Positions 16,336 to 24,085 of a stretch of 64,000 bases of DNA are shown piece after piece (positions within the stretch are counted from its first letter, which is position 1; each line of letters begins with the position of its first letter). The translations under genes were made by a program, and so were the position numbers. Below the pieces are notes generated by a model. That model was given only the letters and a program-made list of their open reading frames with translations, was not told where the DNA came from and searched no databases. The DNA is from a virus, in the IMG/VR virus record IMGVR_UViG_3300045988_098110, positions 14,402 through 78,401 of that record; one strand, 5' to 3'.

Positions 16336-16407
16336 TGTTGTTTACTATTTGATTAACGCCCGGCCTTTCACATTATTGTGCCGGGCGTGCTTATTATATA
16401 ACTAATT

Positions 16408-16866
16408 TTATTTCTTCGGGCTTTCTATTTGGGTGCAAATGGCAACACGCTCGCCGCTCTTTATGAGCTTTGGGAGGTATGTGTCAAGGGCGTGGTGTGG
16501 AAATCCTGCTATCTTTCCAAGCTCTTTTGTGTGGCGATTGGTAAGCGCAATACCAAGGATTTTAGATGCCTTTTCGGCGTCCTCGTTGTAGATTTCATAG
16601 AAATCACCACAACGGAAAAGCAATAAGGCGTCAGGGTGCTTTTCTTTCAGGTCTTTCCATTGCTGGTAAAGGCTTTTGTTCGCTGTCACTGGAGTGTACT
16701 CGCTTTCCGTGTGCTCTATCGAGTCGCTACACATGTAGCTAATCTCTTCCTTCTTGTATCCAAGCTGTGTGAGGTATTGCATAACCTCCTCGCTTGTCCA
16801 GTCGTCCGGACAACCTGTGATCGTGTCGATGGAGGAGTTTCTATAGTTTAAGATTGCAATTTTCAT
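16408..16866 (-). CDS. stand-alone MutS domain I (mismatch-binding domain)-like protein
   Basis: ORF trimmed to ATG 16866 (ATGA overlap with the upstream stop). The C-terminal 90 aa are [45 protein letters not shown]...[30 protein letters not shown]. This aligns with the E. coli MutS N-terminus ([35 protein letters not shown]...[28 protein letters not shown]). Confidence 0.7.
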   Translation of the reverse strand: MKIAILNYRNSSIDTITGCPDDWTSEEVMQYLTQLGYKKEEISYMCSDSIEHTESEYTPVTANKSLYQQWKDLKEKHPDALLLFRCGDFYEIYNEDAEKASKILGIALTNRHTKELGKIAGFPHHALDTYLPKLIKSGERVAICTQIESPKK

Positions 16867-17366
16867 ATTATTTCTGATGTTTGGTTCGCTGGATTTTTTG
16901 CCGCACGAAGGAGTAAAACCCATTGGTCACTGGTAACATACAACTCGAATATGTCGGACTTCTTCCGGCCGCACTCCACGCTCTTTTCCGCAGCGGTACG
17001 CCTGTCTCTGCAAAGAACATACACATCGTTGGTGTCTCTGAAATACCAGTAGCACACGCCAGGGCCATTCAGGAGGAATATCTCTTTGTCACGCTTCCAC
17101 AACTGCTCTCTAAGGAGTAGTTTCTGCCGTTGGATGCACGTTTTGTTGATGTCGCCGGCTTTAAGTGTGGTCACGAACTTGTGCTTGCAACGCTTCTCTA
17201 TCAGCTTGAGGAGGTTGGGGCGCCATGCCTCGTTGTCCACAAATGGGAAGCCTCTGTTCTGGAATGAATACTCCGTGCCGTTAACGCTTACATGTATCTC
17301 GCTTTTGTTCTCGATTGGCGCGTTCTTTACGGCCTCAAGGAGTTTTGAAATCTCTGCTTTTGTCAT
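16863..17366 (-). CDS. hypothetical protein
   Basis: 167-aa ORF, coupled to the MutS-I-like gene. Confidence 0.55.
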   Translation of the reverse strand: MTKAEISKLLEAVKNAPIENKSEIHVSVNGTEYSFQNRGFPFVDNEAWRPNLLKLIEKRCKHKFVTTLKAGDINKTCIQRQKLLLREQLWKRDKEIFLLNGPGVCYWYFRDTNDVYVLCRDRRTAAEKSVECGRKKSDIFELYVTSDQWVLLLRAAKNPANQTSEII

Positions 17367-17397
17367 ATAGCTTAATAATTTAATAATTATGTTTAAG

Positions 17398-17583
17398 TCA
17401 AACGGCGTACACGCCGCGCACGCTGCGCATGTATGTCCAATAATTCACATCGTCCCATTTATAGCAAAGGTATCTGCCTTCTCTTCTGTCGTACTCGTCG
17501 CGAATCCAAACGGGAGCATCTTCGCTGCATGAAAGTCTGAAAAGCCCTCCAAACTTAATCTTTTTAAGCTCAATCTTTTTCAT
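17398..17583 (-). CDS. small hypothetical protein
   Basis: ORF 17398..17646 trimmed to ATG 17583 (MKKIELKKIKFGG...). Confidence 0.45.
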   Translation of the reverse strand: MKKIELKKIKFGGLFRLSCSEDAPVWIRDEYDRREGRYLCYKWDDVNYWTYMRSVRGVYAV

Positions 17584-17708
17584 GATGTCTTGTTTTAAGT
17601 TAAACTTGTTGGCGGCCGTGACTTGCGCACGGCTGTGGGCTGCCATTCGGCTCCCGTCGCCATTCCACCCGCAAAGGGGCTATCTATCATCTATGCAATT
17701 AACTGTTA

Positions 17709-18641
17709 TTAGTCGTCTGAACAGTACGTCCATTTGCGGATCTTCGTTAATCCGTAACGCTTCAGGTAGGAGTCTATCTGCTTCATAAATTTCGCCCGCA
17801 ATATGTACACCGCCCTCAGGTATTTCTCTTTGAGATCGAAGGTCTCCTCCTTGGTTAGCTTGGTAACGCCATCGGTGGTGGCGTAATCCGGGTCGAGGAT
17901 GTAGTAAATAACACCACGTGCTTGATCGCTGTAGCATTTCGCGATGGCTACTTCGTCGCGCCCTTCCAACAACTCCTCGTAACGGCTTACCGTCCTATCG
18001 AACTTCTCAAGGTTCCGGAGCTTAAAGTCCTCCTCGCTGAAAGATTTGCAAGACTCGCTTGCCTCTTCATAGGAGGGACCGTAAAAACTGCTATACCCGA
18101 AACAGAAACTTTTTTCAATCTCTGGTTTGTCGAACTCGAAAAACACCCCGTCGCGCAACTTCATGGCCTTATACAAGCTGTCAGCAAGCCAGCTGCCAGC
18201 GCTCTTCAATATACTCCGCGCCTCTTCGGTCTCGTCATCCAACCAATTGTTACAAGACTTCTTGTTTGCCCGTTTTCCTCTCGCCTGAGCCGTTAAAAAC
18301 TCTTCGATGGCGAATGTATCAGGCGGCCAGCCTTTCGCGTCCAAGAAGTCCGCAAATGAGTCTTGTTTCTTGGTGTTCCAGGTCTTAACTATTGCTAACA
18401 CCTGAAAAATCTCTGGGTCTATCCAAGACTCGGAGTAAAACTCGTCCGGGAGGCACTCTTTATCTTGGAACATGAACTCGGGTTCGTGCTCGTCCTTGTG
18501 CAGCTTTGCGCATGCTTTCAGGAACTCCTCGCCCGTCTTATATTGTGCAAGCTGCATCCAATCGCCATCTATACTCCCGTTGTTGTACTTTCCGTATGTG
18601 CCACAATAAACGGCGGCGTTAAGTATTTCCAATTTTGCCAT
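17709..18641 (-). CDS. ardA: ArdA-like antirestriction protein (N-terminal ArdA domain, long C-terminal extension)
   Basis: Trimmed to ATG 18641. AAVYCGTYGKYNNGSIDGDWMQL...LHKDEHEPEFMFQDKECLP resembles the ArdA N-terminus (Y..LGKYNEGELVGAW.., EYAIHDYE). Confidence 0.55.
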   Translation of the reverse strand: MAKLEILNAAVYCGTYGKYNNGSIDGDWMQLAQYKTGEEFLKACAKLHKDEHEPEFMFQDKECLPDEFYSESWIDPEIFQVLAIVKTWNTKKQDSFADFLDAKGWPPDTFAIEEFLTAQARGKRANKKSCNNWLDDETEEARSILKSAGSWLADSLYKAMKLRDGVFFEFDKPEIEKSFCFGYSSFYGPSYEEASESCKSFSEEDFKLRNLEKFDRTVSRYEELLEGRDEVAIAKCYSDQARGVIYYILDPDYATTDGVTKLTKEETFDLKEKYLRAVYILRAKFMKQIDSYLKRYGLTKIRKWTYCSDD

Positions 18642-18701
18642 AACTGAAAAGATTAAATTTGTTGTTAATGAAAAAGTTGTGCGCTTTCCGTTGTCGCCCA
18701 A

Positions 18702-18997
18702 CGGGTTTTAGGCGTTCGCTCGCCCTTGTGTCATTTTACAACCTTAACAAGATCGGCGGAGGTACAAAGCGCCTCGCGCTGCGTTTGGAGTGCGCCTCTC
18801 GTTTTCTCGCTTTCAGTCCTTTCTTTGTTTGTGGCGGGAAACGGCTCAAAGGGAACTACTATCCGAAAATCTGTAAAACCGCCAGGAGGTTAATGGTACC
18901 TCTTTGTTCCGTTGCCAGCGTCGCTCTGGTATGGTTTCAATCCCCAACGGAAATAATAATAATAGCTGAAAGCTGCCTTAACGCTTCCAAGGAGTTT
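18702..18997 (-). other. ORF-free structured spacer upstream of the ArdA-like gene
   Basis: About 300 nt with only an implausible plus-strand ORF. There are two hairpins with the same stem sequence CCGTTG/CAACGG (18688-18704 and 18908-18951); the second encloses CCAG..CTGG. Confidence 0.3.
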
Positions 18998-19279
18998 CTA
19001 CTCGTGCAACAAGAAATCCAGTGACTCAAAAACTCCAACAAGGTTAAGATCTTGATCGTCTGGCACAACCCCGGTCGCTGCAATGTATAATTTGCAAGCC
19101 CGGGCGCCTAAAACTCCCGCCTCGTTGCCAAGTTGTTCGGCCCGTCTTCTGATACGTGCAAAGCTCGTGTTAACGGTGCTTTCGTTCACGGCCTTAACAA
19201 GTGTTAGGAGCTCATCGTCGATTGAAATAATACGGTATCGGATCTCCTCTAAAAGGAGGTTTAGTCTGCGTTTTCTCAT
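18998..19279 (-). CDS. hypothetical protein
   Basis: ORF 18998..19411 trimmed to ATG 19279 (MRKRRLNLLLEEIRYR...). Confidence 0.5.
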   Translation of the reverse strand: MRKRRLNLLLEEIRYRIISIDDELLTLVKAVNESTVNTSFARIRRRAEQLGNEAGVLGARACKLYIAATGVVPDDQDLNLVGVFESLDFLLHE

Positions 19280-19423
19280 GGTGTTGTTTATTAAGTTGTT
19301 TATTACGTTGAGCAAAACGGCCAAATGTTTGCGCGTGGCGGCCTGTTTCGCGTGTTGTGGTGTTGTTACCCGTCGCAAACATTTGGCGGGCGTGTGGGCG
19401 CTCGTTTGCACCCGGGCGGTGTG

Positions 19424-19513
19424 TTATTCGTTGGTGAATGTGTTCCAGTGCTTACCAACGTAGAGCCCGGCCAAATAAGCCGCGGCAACTGAAAGCAATA
19501 TAAAGTTTGTCAT
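19424..19513 (-). CDS. possible 29-aa hydrophobic peptide
   Basis: MTNFILLSVAAAYLAGLYVGKHWNTFTNE. It is below the ORF-track cutoff and fills the gap between two genes. Confidence 0.25.
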   Translation of the reverse strand: MTNFILLSVAAAYLAGLYVGKHWNTFTNE

Positions 19514-19559
19514 GAAATTAAAGGGGTTGAGGCCCCGCCGCAAATGGCGGGGCGTGTTG

Positions 19560-20384
19560 TTACAACTGTTTGTTAACCTCGTTCAGGAGGTCCTCCTCAC
19601 TGTCTTTATACAAGTCCTTTGTATCAATATAGACGAATTTAGAGAAATGCTTTGCTAAAATAGCTTTGCTTTCCAAGCAAGACAATACGCACCCATAACC
19701 ATTATCTTTTAGTTTACCGTTTTTTTCAACCCAATTACGGCAATGTCTTCTTGAAAAGGAGGGGTTCGCGATCGGATAAGCCACCTTGGTAAGGTTCAGC
19801 GGTTTTCCGCTATCTTTGATTTTCACGACAAGTACGCCGGTGTTTCTGCTTTTACAAAAGTAGGAGATATATGTTATATAAACGTTTAGTCTATACCCTT
19901 TTGATTCCAGGGCTGCAACGACGTTTAACAAATTTACACCAAACGCGGCGAGTTCATCTCCCCCGACGGTGTAGGGTACCGTGTTGTTTATAATCAAATT
20001 AACAACTTTCGTACTTTTGTACGACTGGGAGCGCACGAAAAACATATTGTTTGGATTACCCGAAAGGTACGCCGGGATATTTGGAACGAAGCCAACCGGG
20101 CCGCGTGTTATGGTGTTCTTTACGCCCTTTGCCTGTTTGATGTTACGCGCTTTCGCGTTCATCTTTTTCGCCGTCTCTAAATCCACGTTCATTAAAAGGT
20201 CGTCGGCCTCCTCGAATGATTTCGTACCCGTGAAAGCGGTTCGCGATTCGCCCGTTCGGTGTGATATAAGAATATCTTTGTAAAAAGGATCGACCGGGCG
20301 GGCGTTCATGGTATTAACAAATTCGCTAATACTTTCGTAACGCTCGAAAACGTCCTTATTTGTTGTTGTTGTTTTTTTTCTCAT
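19560..20384 (-). CDS. hypothetical protein partnered with the AAA+ ATPase (possibly degenerate vWA/CobT-like)
   Basis: 274 aa, immediately downstream of the ATPase. The strand-helix pattern VVNLIINNTVPYTVGGDELAAFGVNLLNVVAALESKGYRLNVY is Rossmann/vWA-like but lacks a clear MIDAS motif. Confidence 0.55.
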   Translation of the reverse strand: MRKKTTTTNKDVFERYESISEFVNTMNARPVDPFYKDILISHRTGESRTAFTGTKSFEEADDLLMNVDLETAKKMNAKARNIKQAKGVKNTITRGPVGFVPNIPAYLSGNPNNMFFVRSQSYKSTKVVNLIINNTVPYTVGGDELAAFGVNLLNVVAALESKGYRLNVYITYISYFCKSRNTGVLVVKIKDSGKPLNLTKVAYPIANPSFSRRHCRNWVEKNGKLKDNGYGCVLSCLESKAILAKHFSKFVYIDTKDLYKDSEEDLLNEVNKQL

Positions 20385-20440
20385 GTGGTTATTGTGTTGA
20401 TCGCCCCGTTCGTATCTGGAACGGGGCGCGGTGGAAAATG

Positions 20441-21724
20441 TTACTTAATCATTCCAACAAGGGCGGCGGCGAACCGGTTACCCTTGAGGCTTGAAAGGTT
20501 GACGCTCAATTCTCTAATATCGTCTACTTGCATTCCACGAAGAACGAAGCCGTTCAGGAGGTCGGCGGCGTCCATGTCGTAGTACTTGTTTAGCTTCGTT
20601 ATTGCGCGGTAACCGCAAATAAGTGGGAGTTGCAAGGTAGCGGCGGCCGTTCTCAAGGCGCGCACGAACTCGATAACGTCCGGGTGTTCGCTTGAAATGG
20701 CTTCTTCTATTCGTGGATCATAGTCCACTTTGTAAAAGAAAAAGCGGTCGCGGCTTGATTCGTCCATCTTGTAGCGGCCGCAATACTCCTCCGTGGCACC
20801 CTGGCCGTTCGTGTTACCCGCGGCGACGCAATAGAAATTCTTATGTGCTGCAACCTTACCAACGCCGGGAAAGGTGTAGTAACCGTTTGCGAGGGCGGCG
20901 TTGAGGGCAACCAGGGCTTCAGCCTGGGAGTTATCGCATTCGTCGAGCATGAAAAGGCCGCCCTTTGTCCATGCCTTGTAAAATTCGGTTTCCTCGAATT
21001 CGCCCCCGGCGTTCTTATAGCCTGAAATATCGAATTTTGTAAGAATTGTGTTTTGATAATAGAAATCTACACCCAGGGCGGCGGCGAGCTCCTCGCAAAG
21101 TACGTTCTTTCCAGAGCCCGCGGGGCCGTAAAGGTATATATTTTCGTGAGATCCGAGCATGTTAACCAACATCTTAAAGCCCTTGTCTAAGATTTTAGGA
21201 GTCTCGTGTGTGTGTGTAACGCCGTCGATCGTTACGTTAATGGTCGTACCCGTCCCGGCCTTCTGGGCGGCCTCAAGTTGGTTTTTAAGGTCCTCGATCG
21301 TAGCGGCGGCCTCCTGTTTCGCTGCCTGGTAGCCCGCAAGGCGTTTTGCCTCAAATAAGCCGCCAAGCGCGGTTAACACGCCGTCGGTGCCTTGAGCGGG
21401 CGCCGGGGTGGGAGGAGTTGTCGGTTTTGGTGTGGTCGGTGTGGTGGGTGTTGTGTTCTGTTTTCGCCCGCCCTCGTAGTCGCTGAATGTAACTTCAAGG
21501 GAGCGTCCCTTGCTTACCCAGACAACGCGCGCGCCCGCCTCGTCGATTCGCTCAACTCTCATTTCCTGAGCGCTTGAGCCGTACCGCGGGTGTCCGGGCA
21601 CGCCGTTAAATGTTGAGCCGGCCTCGAGGGTGTCGGTGTGCTCTGCTGCATAGTTCAACACTTGAGCTTCAAATTCGGTAAATCCGCCTTCTTTGCGGAG
21701 TTTACCAATAGATAATTTGCACAT
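20441..21724 (-). CDS. AAA+ ATPase (AAA_5 / MoxR-CobS-like) with N-terminal domain and Pro/Thr linker
   Basis: Walker A YLYGPAGSGKN, Walker B GLFMLDECD and a sensor region CVAAGNTNGQG. The linker is TTPTTPTTPKPTTPPTPAP. Confidence 0.75.
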   Translation of the reverse strand: MCKLSIGKLRKEGGFTEFEAQVLNYAAEHTDTLEAGSTFNGVPGHPRYGSSAQEMRVERIDEAGARVVWVSKGRSLEVTFSDYEGGRKQNTTPTTPTTPKPTTPPTPAPAQGTDGVLTALGGLFEAKRLAGYQAAKQEAAATIEDLKNQLEAAQKAGTGTTINVTIDGVTHTHETPKILDKGFKMLVNMLGSHENIYLYGPAGSGKNVLCEELAAALGVDFYYQNTILTKFDISGYKNAGGEFEETEFYKAWTKGGLFMLDECDNSQAEALVALNAALANGYYTFPGVGKVAAHKNFYCVAAGNTNGQGATEEYCGRYKMDESSRDRFFFYKVDYDPRIEEAISSEHPDVIEFVRALRTAAATLQLPLICGYRAITKLNKYYDMDAADLLNGFVLRGMQVDDIRELSVNLSSLKGNRFAAALVGMIK

Positions 21725-21787
21725 GATAGATAGATATTTAATTTGTTAATAATTCCAAATTAGTTTTTTTGCCAGAATAAAATAACC

Positions 21788-21870
21788 TATCTTTGCACCG
21801 CGTTAGGTCCTTGATAGATTTAATTTTATCGAGGCCGCCCGGTTAGCTATTTGTTAGCCGGGCTTTTTTA
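21788..21870 (+). ncRNA. candidate small RNA (promoter box, two hairpins, U-tract)
   Basis: TATCTTTG at 21788-95. Hairpin CCTTGATA/TATCGAGG at 21809-34. Terminator-like GCCCGG/CCGGGC at 21837-63 followed by TTTTTT. Confidence 0.3.
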
Positions 21871-22056
21871 TTGTACCCCGCAGCGCTTCGATCGCTGCAC
21901 GTTAGCCGCCCGAGAATATACCAATTTTGGAGGGGTCATAGGCTTTCATTTATCATGTAATTCATTTCGTTACTCTAACTTTTCACTACTCACTTAACAT
22001 GTTTCAGCGCTTCCGAATTATATAGCTCCCAGGTTTCCCAGTTCTAAAAGGGTCCG

Positions 22057-22073
22057 TATATATATATATATAT
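22057..22073. repeat. (TA)8 microsatellite
   Basis: tatatatatatatatat, followed by the hairpin ACGGATAA-atga-TTATCCGT plus a T-run (22080-22105). Confidence 0.9.
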
Positions 22074-22462
22074 GAGAGAAACGGATAAATGATTATCCGT
22101 TTTTATTACAAGTCTTTCCCGTGCCTACACGGGGCTTCAGTGTATCAATATATCAATGAGCGCTTGTCGTGGGATATAGGATTTCTTTTGCGTTAGGCCC
22201 TTGTGTCCTGTTGACGATTGCAAAGGTACGCACTTTTTCAACACGCCCAAAACTTTTCACGCGTTTTTTCGCAAAAATGCGCTTTTTTCTTTGCTTTTTC
22301 GGTTTAGTGTGCGTTTGCCCCTTTCGTTTTGTAATTTCGGATATAGCAATTGCACCCTTAATGTGGATTATTAGGCATTATTATCGGTGTATTAGTATTG
22401 TATCACACCGATATAGCGCTGCACGTCGCCCCTGGTACGTGTTTATTAGATGTTTAGCACAT

Positions 22463-22546
22463 GCCACGTGCGTGTAATCACGTACGCATGTACGCTCGTG
22501 TATGTGCGTACGCATGCGTTAATATGCGTACACGTACGCGCACGCC
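22463..22546. repeat. cluster of GTACGC/GCGTAC motifs
   Basis: CGTACGCATG occurs twice (22491, 22507), with further GCGTAC/GTACGC copies within 84 nt. Confidence 0.7.
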
Positions 22547-22677
22547 TTAAATCCGCCCGTTTGCGTCCGTCTCGCGCTCTCTACACTCGCCCGCCCTTAT
22601 TGTACCACACACGCGCCCGGATCGCCTTAAGCACACGATAACACCCCCCCTACAGTCCGACGCCGAAAATACGCAAA

Positions 22678-22708
22678 GGTAGCAGCATGGTAGCAGCTTG
22701 GTAGCAGA
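22678..22708. repeat. three direct GGTAGCAG(C) repeats with 11-bp phasing
   Basis: GGTAGCAGCatGGTAGCAGCttGGTAGCAGa, starting at 22678, 22689 and 22700. Confidence 0.9.
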
Positions 22709-22726
22709 TAGAAAACTCGGAGGAGG

Positions 22727-23035
22727 TTTTGGGTTTTCTGAGGTGTTTTTACTCCTACTCCTTGTAAGTTTTTAAGATGTTCTATTTCTTCGTGCTTTTC
22801 GCCGCCATATAATGTACGCCCGTTTCGCTTTTTCGCTTACTTTTGCGGTTAAACGTCCGTTTTTGTCGCAAATAACATCCTTATTTTCAGGGTTTTATGC
22901 GTTTTTACCCCACCCTCCCCCGATGTGAGGCGCCCACCCCGACCCCGCTCACTTCCAAAATTTTTTTATTTTTTTTCAGGATTTGCACTCTATATTTTGT
23001 AAGTTTTTACGAGTGCTTTTATTTTTGGGTTTTCT
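22727..23035. repeat. dispersed duplicated 13-mers in T-rich DNA
   Basis: TTGTAAGTTTTTA at 22762 and 22997. TTTTGGGTTTTCT at 22727 and 23023. TTCTATTTC and GTGCTTTT are also duplicated. Confidence 0.7.
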
Positions 23036-23485
23036 ATTTCGTTTTGCTCGTTTTTGGGCTTTGCGCACTTAGGGTCTATCTACGCCCCTGTTTTTGCACG
23101 AACGATGGATTATGTCACCGATGGACTTTCGAGGTCGTGTGCAGCGTTTTTCGCACATTCTTGTCGCATCCTTCTGTTCGGTCGTTGGTTTACGTGTTTT
23201 TGCGGCAAACTATGCTCATGTTGTCGTTTAATGCTCGTTTTGCAAGTTCGGGTTTAGCATTTGCACGGTATCGCTCATGGGTTGGTAAAGCCGTTCAGCT
23301 GCGTCAGCCTTTCCTCTTAGGGGGCCAGTATACTGTAAGTATACGGGGGTTGAGGTCCCCTACTACGGCTGCGTGTGTGCGAACCTTGTTTTAGTGCAGG
23401 TTATTATATAATAAACTTGACAAAAAACTTTTTGCGTTGTGAAATTTTGTTGCCCTGGATTTTTGGTTTATTCGGGAGGAAAAGT

Positions 23486-23493
23486 TATTTTTG
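23486..23493 (+). promoter_or_regulatory. -7 box TATTTTTG for the rightward operon
   Basis: Exact TAnnTTTG located 33 nt upstream of ATG 23526. Confidence 0.5.
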
Positions 23494-23525
23494 CGCTTAT
23501 GATTAACCAAACATGTTGATGCGTC

Positions 23526-24083
23526 ATGGGAGCAGGGAAGTTTCATATTGCGAGATACGTCATGGACGAGGCCACTGGTGCTTACGTCGCCGATGGTGCC
23601 GTGAGGAGCTTGGAGGACGACTTCGGCTTTTGCCGGTACAAGTCAATCACGGGCATTAACGCCATTGGCAAGCAGAAGGGTGTTTACACCGAGAGCTATC
23701 CGGAGAGTGACAGCCTTCGTGTTTACGTTGACCCATCAGCGAGGCAGGAGGCCACCAGCTCAACGCTTTCTGTCTGCGTGTTTGGTTCTAACCCTTCACT
23801 CCCATCAACGCTGAGCACCGAGGAGTTGATTAAGTCCGCCGAGGATAGCTGGCATGAGCTTGTTGGTTTCCTCCGTGGTGGCCTAATCCTTTGGACCGAC
23901 GATTACAGGCAGCGAAAGGCGTTGTTTGTCTTACAGGACGCCATCGAGCCGACAACTGACAGCATCAAGGGCTTGCCGTACTTGGATTGCCAAGTTAAGC
24001 TGCAAAACATCTTTGGCGAGACCTTTGGGAGTGCCGATGATACGATTGAGAACTGGCTCAAGCTGGGAGGAAAGGGGGCCTGA
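23526..24083 (+). CDS. hypothetical protein
   Basis: 185-aa ORF, the first gene of the plus-strand operon. Confidence 0.6.
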   Translation: MGAGKFHIARYVMDEATGAYVADGAVRSLEDDFGFCRYKSITGINAIGKQKGVYTESYPESDSLRVYVDPSARQEATSSTLSVCVFGSNPSLPSTLSTEELIKSAEDSWHELVGFLRGGLILWTDDYRQRKALFVLQDAIEPTTDSIKGLPYLDCQVKLQNIFGETFGSADDTIENWLKLGGKGA

Positions 24084-24085
24084 GC

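Noticed and set aside
19523-23360. Recurrence of GGGGTTGAGG(C/T)CCC at about 19523 and about 23346.
   Set aside because: A 10-14-nt match occurring twice in 128 kb of two-strand sequence is close to chance expectation. There is no shared context.
22169-23394. Plus-strand ORFs 22169..22477 (102 aa) and 22897..23394 (165 aa) inside the 1.8-kb region.
   Set aside because: The translations are low-complexity Phe/Leu/Cys/Arg strings produced by T-rich DNA. They span obvious DNA repeats and hairpins and have no start context.
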